From: Patescibacteria group bacterium
GTDB taxonomy: Bacteria; Patescibacteriota; Microgenomatia; Levybacterales; UBA12049
Assembly (NCBI GenBank): GCA_035946335.1
Contig: DASYZL010000011.1
Coordinates: forward strand, 3,569-67,568
Length of the DNA stretch: 64,000 nucleotides
Direction: 5' to 3'
The notes below the pieces were generated by a model. It saw only the letters and a program-made list of their open reading frames with translations, was not told the origin of the DNA and did not search any database. Shown here piece by piece: positions 49,356 through 59,026 of the stretch. The position numbers and the translations under genes are program-made. Within the stretch, counting starts at the first letter, position 1. Every line of letters starts with the position of its first letter.

Positions 49356-49907
49356 ATGCCAACAGGTGTAACTATCAACCTGGTGAAAGGTCGTGGAGAA
49401 AGTGTTATCGACCGGTTTATTGCATGGGCGATCACTCTTGGCCGAGTAGTCATTATTCTCACAGAAGGATTTGCCTTGGCTGCGTTTGTCTACCGTTTTT
49501 CTCTTGATCAGACATTGGTAAATTTACATACTAATATTTCTCAGGAACAGTCAATTCTTGTATTGCTTCATGATAAAGAAGGCCAATATCGTAATTTGCA
49601 GGACCGTCTTACTCTTTCCAAGCAGATCATTACACAGGCAAACGAAGAAGCAAAGACATTTGACAACTTCATTTCCTATATTCCTGCAAATGTTACCGTG
49701 AATAATATTACCTTTGCATCTAATACTGTCGTGTATGATTTATCTGCATCATCCAGCGATTCCTTGCTAGTACTTGTTAATAAGTTGAAAGGTAATCCGC
49801 TTGTTTCAGCAGTCAGTGTCGACAAAATAGACGATAAGACTAAAACAGCAACAATTTCCATAACTATTACTGCTACGCTTAAACCGGGTAAAGGGGTATT
49901 ATTATGA
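49356..49907 (+). CDS. pilN: PilN-like type IV pilus assembly protein
   Basis: INL motif, TM, coiled coil; precedes pilO; TTGACA-17-TAGACT. Confidence 0.7.
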   Translation: MPTGVTINLVKGRGESVIDRFIAWAITLGRVVIILTEGFALAAFVYRFSLDQTLVNLHTNISQEQSILVLLHDKEGQYRNLQDRLTLSKQIITQANEEAKTFDNFISYIPANVTVNNITFASNTVVYDLSASSSDSLLVLVNKLKGNPLVSAVSVDKIDDKTKTATISITITATLKPGKGVLL

Positions 49908-50524
49908 AATTATCTTTTGATACAAATTTCCTCAGACATAATGTAAGCGAAAAATACCTCGCGACAATTATGCCGGCCTTAAAAGAAAAAAAAGTTCAGT
50001 CATTTACTACCCTTGTTTTTACATTGCTTGCAATTTCATTTTTTGGCATTTTTGCTATCAGCCCGACAGCAACAACTATTGTAGATTTGCAAAAACAGAT
50101 CAGTGATGATCGATTTGTTGACAATCAATTGGCAGTTAAAATTAGTCATCTTTCCCAGTTGCAAGGGCAATTTCAGACAATACAGAGTCAACTCCCTGTT
50201 GTATATGCGGCTGTGCCGACTGATCCTGCTCTTGCTACATTTGTCGGGCAACTCCAAACACTGGGAACAAGTGGACATGTAAAAGTAGATAATATTCAAA
50301 CACTTCCTGTAGATTTAACACAATCTTCTCTATCGGGAAAGTACAATACATTTGTATTTGCTATCAATGTAGAGGGAAATTATGCAGATGTGGCAGACTT
50401 TCTTTCAGCAATAATAGGTTTTAACAGATTACTTGTTGTTGACAGTATCTCTGTGCAGAAAGCAGCCTCTGTAGAGGGTTACCGCATTAACATACAGGGA
50501 AGGTCATTTTTCAAAACGCAATAA
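49904..50524 (+). CDS. pilO: PilO type IV pilus assembly protein
   Basis: TM, coiled coil, AVP, EGNY.DVADFL...NRL. Confidence 0.82.
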   Translation: MKLSFDTNFLRHNVSEKYLATIMPALKEKKVQSFTTLVFTLLAISFFGIFAISPTATTIVDLQKQISDDRFVDNQLAVKISHLSQLQGQFQTIQSQLPVVYAAVPTDPALATFVGQLQTLGTSGHVKVDNIQTLPVDLTQSSLSGKYNTFVFAINVEGNYADVADFLSAIIGFNRLLVVDSISVQKAASVEGYRINIQGRSFFKTQ

Positions 50525-50525
50525 T

Positions 50526-50876
50526 ATGAAACAAAATGATTTACTTTTTCTTTTGATTTCATCGGCAATATTGGTCACCGTGTGGGTTGCTTTTAGTATT
50601 ATCCATGCGTCGTTAACTTCATCAATCAGTCCAATAGTTGGACAGGAATTATCGCCTATTGCTGCCAGTTTTGATGCAAAAATGCTTACTGTTCTTGCAT
50701 CGAGGACGAAAATAACGCCAGCCTCTGTCCTACTTCTTTCGCCCTCTCCCAAGCCAACAATTGTTCCAGTGACGCCAATTTTGCCTTTCGTGCAAGTGTC
50801 GATTATTACTCCTGTTGCGTCTTCTTCTGCTCAATCTGGAACGCAAAGCGCAACACAAGGAGGGACAAAACAATGA
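50526..50876 (+). CDS. Single-TM protein in the pil operon
   Basis: N-terminal TM, P/S/T-rich tail. Confidence 0.6.
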   Translation: MKQNDLLFLLISSAILVTVWVAFSIIHASLTSSISPIVGQELSPIAASFDAKMLTVLASRTKITPASVLLLSPSPKPTIVPVTPILPFVQVSIITPVASSSAQSGTQSATQGGTKQ

Positions 50877-52240
50877 GAAGCTTCTGGGACCAACGTATAC
50901 CAACTCTTCTCGGCATTTTTCTTATTATCGTAGGCATTGGTGTTACAACGTACGTTTTGCAGCAGACGACCAATCTATTTGGTCACGCAGCGCCAAGCGA
51001 AACACCGAGTGATATTCGTATAACCAATGTGACAGATAGCTCATTCACGGTATCGTATCATACAGATGCGAGTGTTATCGGAACATTGTCAGTCGGTACA
51101 ACAAATACGCAAACTGTTTTTGATGAAAGGGATGAAAAATCTGGTACCCCAAAAGATTACCATGTGCATAGTTTTACTGTGCAAAATCTTAAACCGCAGA
51201 CAACATACAGTTTTTCCGTACTGTCAGGGACAACGACATTTTTACATAATGGTAGTCCGTTCACTGTTGCCACCGGTACAACAATTTCCACAAATCCTTC
51301 AGGTCAACTTCCCTTTGCCGGAAAACTCATCAATCCGGACGGTTCTCTTCCAGCTGATGCCATTGTTTACGTGACAACAGCGGGTGGGCAATCGCTTTCT
51401 GCTCTCGTAAGATTAACAGGATTGTATTTAATTCCTCTCAATACGATGCGAACAAAAGATTTTGCGTCATACATGGTATTTGCTTCGAATACCAAGCTGA
51501 ATATTCTGGCAACCGATGGAATTAATACGTCTCAAGCAACCGCGTTTGTGTCAGATATTAATCCGGTTGCTGCAATGACATTGTCACAAAATTATGATTT
51601 TACCATTAGTGTTCAACCTATCGCATCGTCTGCAGCGGCAATTACACCTTTCCCTGTTTTTCCTGTCGAATCAGGTGTTGTAACACCGAAAATTACTACC
51701 CCAGGTAAAGATAACCAGTCATTTACTGATTCACAGCCGTTATTTCAAGGAACAGGACAGCCAGGGCAGACGGTAACTATTGAAATTCATTCAGACAGTG
51801 TAATAAAAACGCAGGTGACAACGAACCCGTCAGGTCAATGGTCATACCGTCCACCAAAGCCACTCGGTCCCGGACAACACACGATTACCATTCAAACCGC
51901 AAATCAAAATGGCATTATCCAAACGATACAACGGTCATTTACAGTATTTGCGGCAGGGTCTCAAGTAAGTGAGTCTGCAACGCCAAGCGCAACTCCAACC
52001 GTTACTATTCCTACACCTACACCAACGTTTATACCAACAGTAATACCAACGGTTACGCCATTGCCGACGCTCACACCAACACCTATTCTTATTCCTTCTG
52101 CAACACCAACCATACATGCAGTTTTTGCGCCCTCAACTGCAAAAACCATTCCCGTGACAGGAAATGAAACACCTGCTATCATTGCTGCAGGTGCGGGAGT
52201 GGTAACGACAATTGTCGGTATACTGATCCTCGTTTTATGA
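50873..52240 (+). CDS. FN3 and Ig-like surface protein with PT linker and C-terminal TM
   Basis: ITNVTDSSFTVS..NLKPQTTY; P.FQGTG..GQWSY..GQHTITI; IPVTG followed by TM. Confidence 0.8.
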   Translation: MRSFWDQRIPTLLGIFLIIVGIGVTTYVLQQTTNLFGHAAPSETPSDIRITNVTDSSFTVSYHTDASVIGTLSVGTTNTQTVFDERDEKSGTPKDYHVHSFTVQNLKPQTTYSFSVLSGTTTFLHNGSPFTVATGTTISTNPSGQLPFAGKLINPDGSLPADAIVYVTTAGGQSLSALVRLTGLYLIPLNTMRTKDFASYMVFASNTKLNILATDGINTSQATAFVSDINPVAAMTLSQNYDFTISVQPIASSAAAITPFPVFPVESGVVTPKITTPGKDNQSFTDSQPLFQGTGQPGQTVTIEIHSDSVIKTQVTTNPSGQWSYRPPKPLGPGQHTITIQTANQNGIIQTIQRSFTVFAAGSQVSESATPSATPTVTIPTPTPTFIPTVIPTVTPLPTLTPTPILIPSATPTIHAVFAPSTAKTIPVTGNETPAIIAAGAGVVTTIVGILILVL

Positions 52241-53535
52241 AAGTAGCAGTAATTGGTGCCGGATTTACCGGCCTTTCAGCGGCGTACGAATTGGTAAAAA
52301 AAGGACATGAAGTAACTGTTTTTGAAAAAGACAGTCAGCCTGGTGGTTTAGCGATCGGCTATAAGGAGAAGGGATGGGATTGGACACTTGAAGCGTTTTA
52401 CCATCACTGGTTTACTAATGATTACGCAATTCTCAATCTGGCAGAACGCTTGCATTACCCTGTTATTACCAGGCGTCCCAAAACCGCTTCCCTTATTGAT
52501 GACAGGATTTATCAGCTTGATTCACCTGCAACCCTTTTAACGTTCCAAAAGCTATCTCCTCTTGAAAGGCTGCAGATGGGAATAGCGTTAGGTATATTGC
52601 GATTCAATCCATTCTGGAAACCGCTTGAACATATAACCGCAACAGCATTTTTATCAAAAACTGTGGGGAAACGCGCATACAAAATTTTATGGGAACCCCT
52701 ATTAGTGGGAAAGTTCGGCAGGTACGCTTCTACGATTTCTCTCACATGGTTTTGGTCACGAATTGCGAAACGGACAACAGAACTTGCCTATCCAGAAGGT
52801 GGGTTTCTCCGCTTTGCTGAATTTTTTGCACAGAAGATACAGGAAAAAAAGGGGATGATACAATATCAGGCCTCAATTGAGAAAATTGGAAGAGAAGGTG
52901 ATAAAGTTGTCGTCTATCATACTTCAAATGCAATGAAAAATCCTCGTTCTGCCCGGACAGGAGAGGGGTTCGATAAAGTTATTGTCACGTTACCATCATT
53001 TGCATTCCTCAAACTTGCGCCTCAATTGCCGGAAACCTATAAAACATCACTCACCTCATTGAAGGGACTTGGTGCAATAACTGTTATTATGCGTTTACGC
53101 CAACAGCTATTTCAGGATAATACCTATTGGTTAAATGTTTGCGACACAAAAGCACCGGTTCTTGCAATTGTTGAACATACACATTTCATGGATAAAAAAC
53201 ACTATAATAATGAACATCTTGTTTACCTTGGTAATTATCTGCCAAACGATCATCCGTACTTTTCGCTTTCCGCAGAAGAGCTGTTAGAAAAATTTGATCC
53301 GCTTGTTCGTAAACTTAACCCAGAGTATAAAAAATCGCTAATTGGTGTTAAAAAATTCAGTGTTCCATTTGCCCAACCGATTATTCCAATTAATTATTCA
53401 AAGAAAATTCCTCCATTTGATACGCCTCTTCAGGATGTTTACCTTGCGAATATGCAGCAGGTGTATCCCTGGGACAGAGGTACAAATTATGCAGTAGAGC
53501 TGGGGCAAAATGTCGTCAAACATATTCTTTCATGA
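52237..53535 (+). CDS. FAD-dependent oxidoreductase (amine oxidase/protoporphyrinogen oxidase-like)
   Basis: GAGFTG Rossmann motif, GGLA, FYHHWF, YPWDRGTN. Confidence 0.8.
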   Translation: MKVAVIGAGFTGLSAAYELVKKGHEVTVFEKDSQPGGLAIGYKEKGWDWTLEAFYHHWFTNDYAILNLAERLHYPVITRRPKTASLIDDRIYQLDSPATLLTFQKLSPLERLQMGIALGILRFNPFWKPLEHITATAFLSKTVGKRAYKILWEPLLVGKFGRYASTISLTWFWSRIAKRTTELAYPEGGFLRFAEFFAQKIQEKKGMIQYQASIEKIGREGDKVVVYHTSNAMKNPRSARTGEGFDKVIVTLPSFAFLKLAPQLPETYKTSLTSLKGLGAITVIMRLRQQLFQDNTYWLNVCDTKAPVLAIVEHTHFMDKKHYNNEHLVYLGNYLPNDHPYFSLSAEELLEKFDPLVRKLNPEYKKSLIGVKKFSVPFAQPIIPINYSKKIPPFDTPLQDVYLANMQQVYPWDRGTNYAVELGQNVVKHILS

Positions 53536-55181
53536 TAAAATTTTTCCGTCATCACCTGCTAGGGCTTCTTTTTTTTATTGCTTTGATTGCAGTAAGTATC
53601 TTCATGCGGTTTTACAACCTGAACTGGGATAGTGGCTATTTATTCCATCCTGACGAGCGTAATATTGCCAATGCAGTTACAAAAGTTAGTTTTTTCTCAC
53701 AGCTAAATCCGCAATTTTTTGCATATGGTGGGTTTTCCATATACGTATACCGCTTCGCAGCAGATATGCTCGTTTTTTTTACACATGACACGAGCTGGGT
53801 TCATAATTGGGGAGATATTGATATTATTGGAAGATTTTTCTCAGCTTTATTTTCCTCATTGACGCTTATCCCGTTATATTTTCTTACCCGGAAGGTTTTT
53901 AACCGGCAAACAGCTATTATCGCGACCTTATTCTATGCTTTCTCTGTTTCAGCAATACAAATTGCCCATTTTGCCACAACGGATAGTTTATTAACATGCG
54001 AAGGAGTGTTACTGGGATTACTCGGTATGTATCTGTATCATGCATTTTCCTGGAAACTGCTTTTTGTATCAGCAGTTGTCGTTGGCATCAGCGTCGCGAC
54101 AAAAACCAGTGCATTACTTTTTGTTGTTTTTCCTGTTCTGGGGACGTTTTTACCTGTTTTCCATAAAAAAAATGAATCCTTGAAAATGCTTGCAGCACTT
54201 GTTGTTTTTGGTTTCATAAGCCTTGCTGTTTTTACGCTCTTTTCTCCGTACACATTTTTGGACTATAAAGATTTTATCGCTTCTATGAATTACGAGAGTG
54301 GTGTGGCAACAGGGAGTTTGCCGGTTGTGTATACTCTGCAATTTAACGGCAGCATACCATATGTATTTCAACTAATGAATTTTTTCTGGCAAATAGGATT
54401 ACTCGCACCGTTTGGTGTTTTGGGAGTCTTTTTGACTTTCTATCATGTATGGAAAACGCGGCACTTGCAATATGTTGTTTTCTTAAGCTTCCCTCTAATA
54501 TATTTTTTCTATGTTGGATCATGGCACACCAAATTTTTGCGCTATATGCTGCCATTTTTACCGTTTTACGTCATCATGGCAAGCGCATGGCTGATATGGT
54601 TACAGAAACGTGTTTGGTTGTTTTCTCATTTGCTCATTGGTTTTCTCCTGTTTGCCACCACGCTTTGGGCGTTTGCATTTTTTCATATTTATCAAGTGCC
54701 TCAAACCCGCATTGTTGCCTCACAATGGATGTACACACATATTCCTGCAGGAAATAAAATTCTTACCGAGGCATGGGATGATGGACTGCCCATCGGTATC
54801 GACAATAATACGCCGCAACAATACAATATTGAGCAACTCAATATGTATGATCCTGACAGCACTGCAAAAATGCAGTATTTAGCAAACGAACTGGCATCTG
54901 CAAATTATATTATTTTTAATAGCAGGCGATTATATGGGACCCTCATCCGTTTAACAAAAGAGTATCCGCTTACCAGCCAATACTATAAAAAACTGTTTGC
55001 CGGGACACTAGGCTATACAAACATTGCAACGTTTGCTTCGTATCCTGCAATTTCGGGAATCACTGTTATTGATGATAGCAGCGAAGAGACATTCCAGGTG
55101 TATGATCACCCAAAAGTAATCATATTTGAAAATACTGCACATTTGAGTCAGCAGCAACTGTTTGCAATTCTGAAGAAATAA
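53532..55181 (+). CDS. GT-C (PMT_2-like) membrane glycosyltransferase
   Basis: FHPDER, FFAYGG, EETFQVYDHP. Confidence 0.8.
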   Translation: MIKFFRHHLLGLLFFIALIAVSIFMRFYNLNWDSGYLFHPDERNIANAVTKVSFFSQLNPQFFAYGGFSIYVYRFAADMLVFFTHDTSWVHNWGDIDIIGRFFSALFSSLTLIPLYFLTRKVFNRQTAIIATLFYAFSVSAIQIAHFATTDSLLTCEGVLLGLLGMYLYHAFSWKLLFVSAVVVGISVATKTSALLFVVFPVLGTFLPVFHKKNESLKMLAALVVFGFISLAVFTLFSPYTFLDYKDFIASMNYESGVATGSLPVVYTLQFNGSIPYVFQLMNFFWQIGLLAPFGVLGVFLTFYHVWKTRHLQYVVFLSFPLIYFFYVGSWHTKFLRYMLPFLPFYVIMASAWLIWLQKRVWLFSHLLIGFLLFATTLWAFAFFHIYQVPQTRIVASQWMYTHIPAGNKILTEAWDDGLPIGIDNNTPQQYNIEQLNMYDPDSTAKMQYLANELASANYIIFNSRRLYGTLIRLTKEYPLTSQYYKKLFAGTLGYTNIATFASYPAISGITVIDDSSEETFQVYDHPKVIIFENTAHLSQQQLFAILKK

Positions 55182-55278
55182 AATAATATGGACGGTACTG
55201 GCAGAATCGCCTATAATATACCATGTATCTTTTTCTCTTCGCCAAACGTAATGGTTGTGAGTCAATGTGTAATTAACT

Positions 55279-57531
55279 ATGTTAGGAATTGCTGATTTTC
55301 TCTCTTTACTCAAATGGTGGGGAGTACTTTTTTCTATTGGCATTGTTTTTCTGCCGGTGACCGTAAGATTCCTTGGCATTTTTTTTGATAAAGGGTATGC
55401 GTTTAGTAAAATTATCGGGACTATTGTACTCTCTTACATTATTTTGTGTGTCGGGGAGTTACATCTTATATCGTTTAGTACAGCAAATTGTTTTCTGCTT
55501 CTTCTTTGGTGTGGTTTACTCCAGCTGATTCTTCACTTAAGTTATTCATGGAAGGAAATGTTACAAAAAGTCACGAAGTACATAAAAACAACGTGGGCAT
55601 TTATGTTATTTGAAGAAATACTTTTTTTAATCGCGCTCTACTTCTGGAGTTATATCAGGACATTTGCCCCAGATATTCACGGGCTGGAAAAATTTATGGA
55701 TTACGGATTTGTCAACTCTATTCTGCGAAGTACCTACTTTCCACCGAAAGACATGTGGTATACGCCCATGCCCATTAATTACTATTACTTTGGTCACTTG
55801 ATGACTGCAGTTTTGACGAAACTTTCCTTTCTTTCCTCAAACATCACCTTTAATCTGATGATCGCAACGCTTTTTGCTCTAACGCTCACTCTCTCGTTTT
55901 CTCTTGGCGCCAACTTTTTCTTTGCATTATTTGTTGAAAAAAAAGAAAAGCTGTCTTTTAAAACATACAAAACAATGCTGCTTGGTGGTATATTTGCTGC
56001 ATTTCTAGCAGCACTTAGCGGTAATTTACATACTATTTACAGTTTTTTCAGAATCTACAATACCGACACACCGCAACCTCCCTGGAAAATGATATTTTCT
56101 GTGCAAACGTTCCCGAATGGGTACTGGTATCCAAACGCAACGCGGTTTATTTACCATACGATTCACGAGTTTCCTTTGTATTCGTTTGTCGTTTCAGATT
56201 TACACGGGCATGTACTTGATATTCCTGTGGTTCTCACTGCAGTTGCGTTGCTTTTTGCCATCTATTTGCAAAAGCGCGAACAAGCAAAATTATCCCAACA
56301 AGAATCTTTGTTTGCTGTGATTGTAGAGCAGCTACACATACTTTCTCCGTGGATCTTTTACAGCTTTCTCCTTGGTGTTATGTATATGACGAATGCGTCG
56401 GATGGACTAATCTATTTTCTCTTTTCTCTCCCTGTCATATTTCTTTTGCATAAGAAATATCCGTTATTTTCCCCAAAAAATATTTTTCAATTGCAATTAT
56501 TCCAAACAGTTATTACCCTTTTTGCTGGTCTCTTACTCTTTGCATTGCCATTTTCACTCTTTTTCAAATCATTTGTTTCACAAATAGGCGTGATATGTGT
56601 ACCACAATTTTTAATTAACAAAGGATCAATCGGCCCGTTTCTCTTTGAAGCAAATCATTGCATGCACTCACCGTGGTGGCAACTTCTTATCCTGTACGGT
56701 TTTTTTGCATTCTGGTTTTTGGGATTGTGTATTATTCTCTGGATGCAAAAGAGAAAACAGCATTCCCTTTTCCGAGTGGATATATTTCTGTTGTTCTTGG
56801 GATTGTTTGCATTTATCCTTATTGCTATTCCGGAATTTGTCTATTTCAAAGATATTTACAGTACCTATTATCGTGCAAACACGATGTTTAAGTTTGTATA
56901 TCAGGCGTTTCTTCTTCTTGCGTTACTCAGCGGCTATACTTTAGTCCGGTTTTTTACGAATCCGGTAAGAAAAGAAACACCTTCGGTGAAAGTCTTTCTC
57001 AGTTTTTTTGGTCTATTTGGACTTGTGCTTTTTACTCTTGTTGGTATGTATCCATACTTTGCGATTCCGTCATATTACAACAACCTGCAAAACCCAAAAA
57101 CCCTCGATGGCACATCATATCTGGCAGCCTTATATCCAAGTGATAATAAAGCAATAGAGTGGATAAATACTCATATTACCGGTCAGCCAGTTATTGCGGA
57201 GGCACAAGGAGATTCATATACGGATTATGCGCGTGTTTCTGCAAATACAGGACTTCCAACCATTTTCGGCTGGACTGTGCATGAGTGGTTATGGCGCGGT
57301 ACATATGATATTGCGCCACCACGCATCACTGACGTACAAACACTTTATGAAACACCATCGGCATCAGTTGCACAAGCAATTATCCATAAATACGACGTAT
57401 CATTTATCTTTGTAGGACAGTTAGAGCGGCAGAAATATAAATTGCAGGAAGCAAAGTTTCAGCAAATCGGGCACGTTGTGTATGCTTCTGGCATCACGAC
57501 GATTTATCAAGTATTTCCCGAAAAACTCTGA
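55279..57531 (+). CDS. DUF2298 / Chlor_Arch_YYY-type membrane protein
   Basis: EKFMD, INYYYFG, IHEFPLYSF..DLHGH, NTMFKF. Confidence 0.82.
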   Translation: MLGIADFLSLLKWWGVLFSIGIVFLPVTVRFLGIFFDKGYAFSKIIGTIVLSYIILCVGELHLISFSTANCFLLLLWCGLLQLILHLSYSWKEMLQKVTKYIKTTWAFMLFEEILFLIALYFWSYIRTFAPDIHGLEKFMDYGFVNSILRSTYFPPKDMWYTPMPINYYYFGHLMTAVLTKLSFLSSNITFNLMIATLFALTLTLSFSLGANFFFALFVEKKEKLSFKTYKTMLLGGIFAAFLAALSGNLHTIYSFFRIYNTDTPQPPWKMIFSVQTFPNGYWYPNATRFIYHTIHEFPLYSFVVSDLHGHVLDIPVVLTAVALLFAIYLQKREQAKLSQQESLFAVIVEQLHILSPWIFYSFLLGVMYMTNASDGLIYFLFSLPVIFLLHKKYPLFSPKNIFQLQLFQTVITLFAGLLLFALPFSLFFKSFVSQIGVICVPQFLINKGSIGPFLFEANHCMHSPWWQLLILYGFFAFWFLGLCIILWMQKRKQHSLFRVDIFLLFLGLFAFILIAIPEFVYFKDIYSTYYRANTMFKFVYQAFLLLALLSGYTLVRFFTNPVRKETPSVKVFLSFFGLFGLVLFTLVGMYPYFAIPSYYNNLQNPKTLDGTSYLAALYPSDNKAIEWINTHITGQPVIAEAQGDSYTDYARVSANTGLPTIFGWTVHEWLWRGTYDIAPPRITDVQTLYETPSASVAQAIIHKYDVSFIFVGQLERQKYKLQEAKFQQIGHVVYASGITTIYQVFPEKL

Positions 57532-58282
57532 CTGAATCGGCAACTGCGGAAAAATCATATACATTTCTCATCAAAGTTAAACGCGGGTAGTACACCTCCA
57601 GTGTCATTAACCCTTGATACTTTTTCTTTTTCAGAAAGGATAAAAATCCCGTTACGTCAAGTATGCCTCTATTTAACGGTAAATGGTGATGTCCTTTAAC
57701 AAACGAGGATACATGAATGTTGGCAATTTTAGGGAGCAGTTTTTGGAATACTTGTGTTTCCTGGGGTTTTGTGAGCTCAGCATGACTGACGTCATAGGTA
57801 ATTGATAAGCCGTACGTTTCAGCAAATTCGCTAATCATGGCAAGATGCTGCTGAACTGTTGTATGAGGGGGCAGGAAAAGTTTATGGTACATGAAGTCAT
57901 TAGGCATGTTTTCCAGCATAATGTGTACATTGTACTGTTGTTGTAGGCGTGAAAGATGAGAAAAGTATCGCTGCATATTTTTACTTTCAAATGACTGAAA
58001 CGCCAATGGATGAAATACAATACGATTTACTCCAAGTTCTTGTACATAGAGCAGGAAGCGCTCATCAAAATACATGCCGAGCCCGGACCAGGCCGGTTGA
58101 TGGACAGACGTGATAGGGAGGCGATATTTCTGTGAAAGGTACTTAATATGTTGCAGATGTAAACGCGATTTTATTCCTAGGACAAGCTCAATACCGTCAA
58201 CGCCAGCTTTGCTAAACTCTTTAAAGAACGTTTCCAATCGGGAAAGCATGGGAAAGTCAGTTATTGATGCACTAATTTTCAT
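57494..58282 (-). CDS. Sugar phosphate isomerase/epimerase (AP endonuclease 2 fold)
   Basis: LENMP, YDVSH, IHVS, HLP, LEV. Confidence 0.8.
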   Translation of the reverse strand: MKISASITDFPMLSRLETFFKEFSKAGVDGIELVLGIKSRLHLQHIKYLSQKYRLPITSVHQPAWSGLGMYFDERFLLYVQELGVNRIVFHPLAFQSFESKNMQRYFSHLSRLQQQYNVHIMLENMPNDFMYHKLFLPPHTTVQQHLAMISEFAETYGLSITYDVSHAELTKPQETQVFQKLLPKIANIHVSSFVKGHHHLPLNRGILDVTGFLSFLKKKKYQGLMTLEVYYPRLTLMRNVYDFSAVADSVRVFREILDKSS

Positions 58283-58339
58283 ACGTGTTTACTTCTAACG
58301 TCCGATGCAATAGAAAACCAACGAAAAATGATTGATTTT

Positions 58340-58996
58340 TTATGCATGGTGAATAATTTTAGCAAACGATTGAGGAGAAAGACTCGCTCCCCCAACCAAT
58401 ACACCACCAATAGACAGTAAGCGGGAGAATTGCATAACGTCTTCACCAGTGACACTTCCCCCGTAGAGTATATATGATACCGCATATCTCTGTTTGATGG
58501 AATGTGCTATTTCTTCAACAGCATTTGGGTTAGCAGGGTGGCCACTGCCGATCGCAAAAAGTGGTTCATAGGCAACAATCGTGACAAGTTTTGGGATCGG
58601 TTGTGTCTCAGTGGAAACACAGTAAATCGGCGTGAGTCCATGAGCAAGCGCGAGAGTAACTTTCTGCTGTAACTGCTCATCTGTTTCGTGGTGGAGTTGT
58701 CTGGTCTCAGAGTGTCCAATGATGACATATTCGACAAAATCTTTCAGTGTTCGCGCACTCACCTCGCCTGTATATGCACCTTCTTCATGGGGCGAAACGG
58801 TTTGGCTGCCAAGGGTAATGGGTAAATGGTGCTCTGCGATATATGATTTGCAAAATGCAAGCAAAGGGAATGGAGGACAGAGAATGACCGTATGGGTTGT
58901 CTGATACAGAAGCGGAGTAAATGTCTGAAGCCAAAGCTGTGCCTCGCTTTGTGTTTTGTGTGACTTCCAGTTTGCAACAAAGAGCTGTTTTCTCAT
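58340..58996 (-). CDS. tpiA: Triosephosphate isomerase
   Basis: ANWK, GAYTGEVS, GHSE, AYEP.FAIG, YGGSV, VGGAS. Confidence 0.93.
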   Translation of the reverse strand: MRKQLFVANWKSHKTQSEAQLWLQTFTPLLYQTTHTVILCPPFPLLAFCKSYIAEHHLPITLGSQTVSPHEEGAYTGEVSARTLKDFVEYVIIGHSETRQLHHETDEQLQQKVTLALAHGLTPIYCVSTETQPIPKLVTIVAYEPLFAIGSGHPANPNAVEEIAHSIKQRYAVSYILYGGSVTGEDVMQFSRLLSIGGVLVGGASLSPQSFAKIIHHA

Positions 58997-59026
58997 ATGA
59001 TACAATGACGATACTTTTCATTATAC

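Noticed and set aside
51975-52110. Repetitive CCAAC-rich stretch
   Set aside because: Encodes the Pro/Thr linker; not a CRISPR or DNA-level repeat
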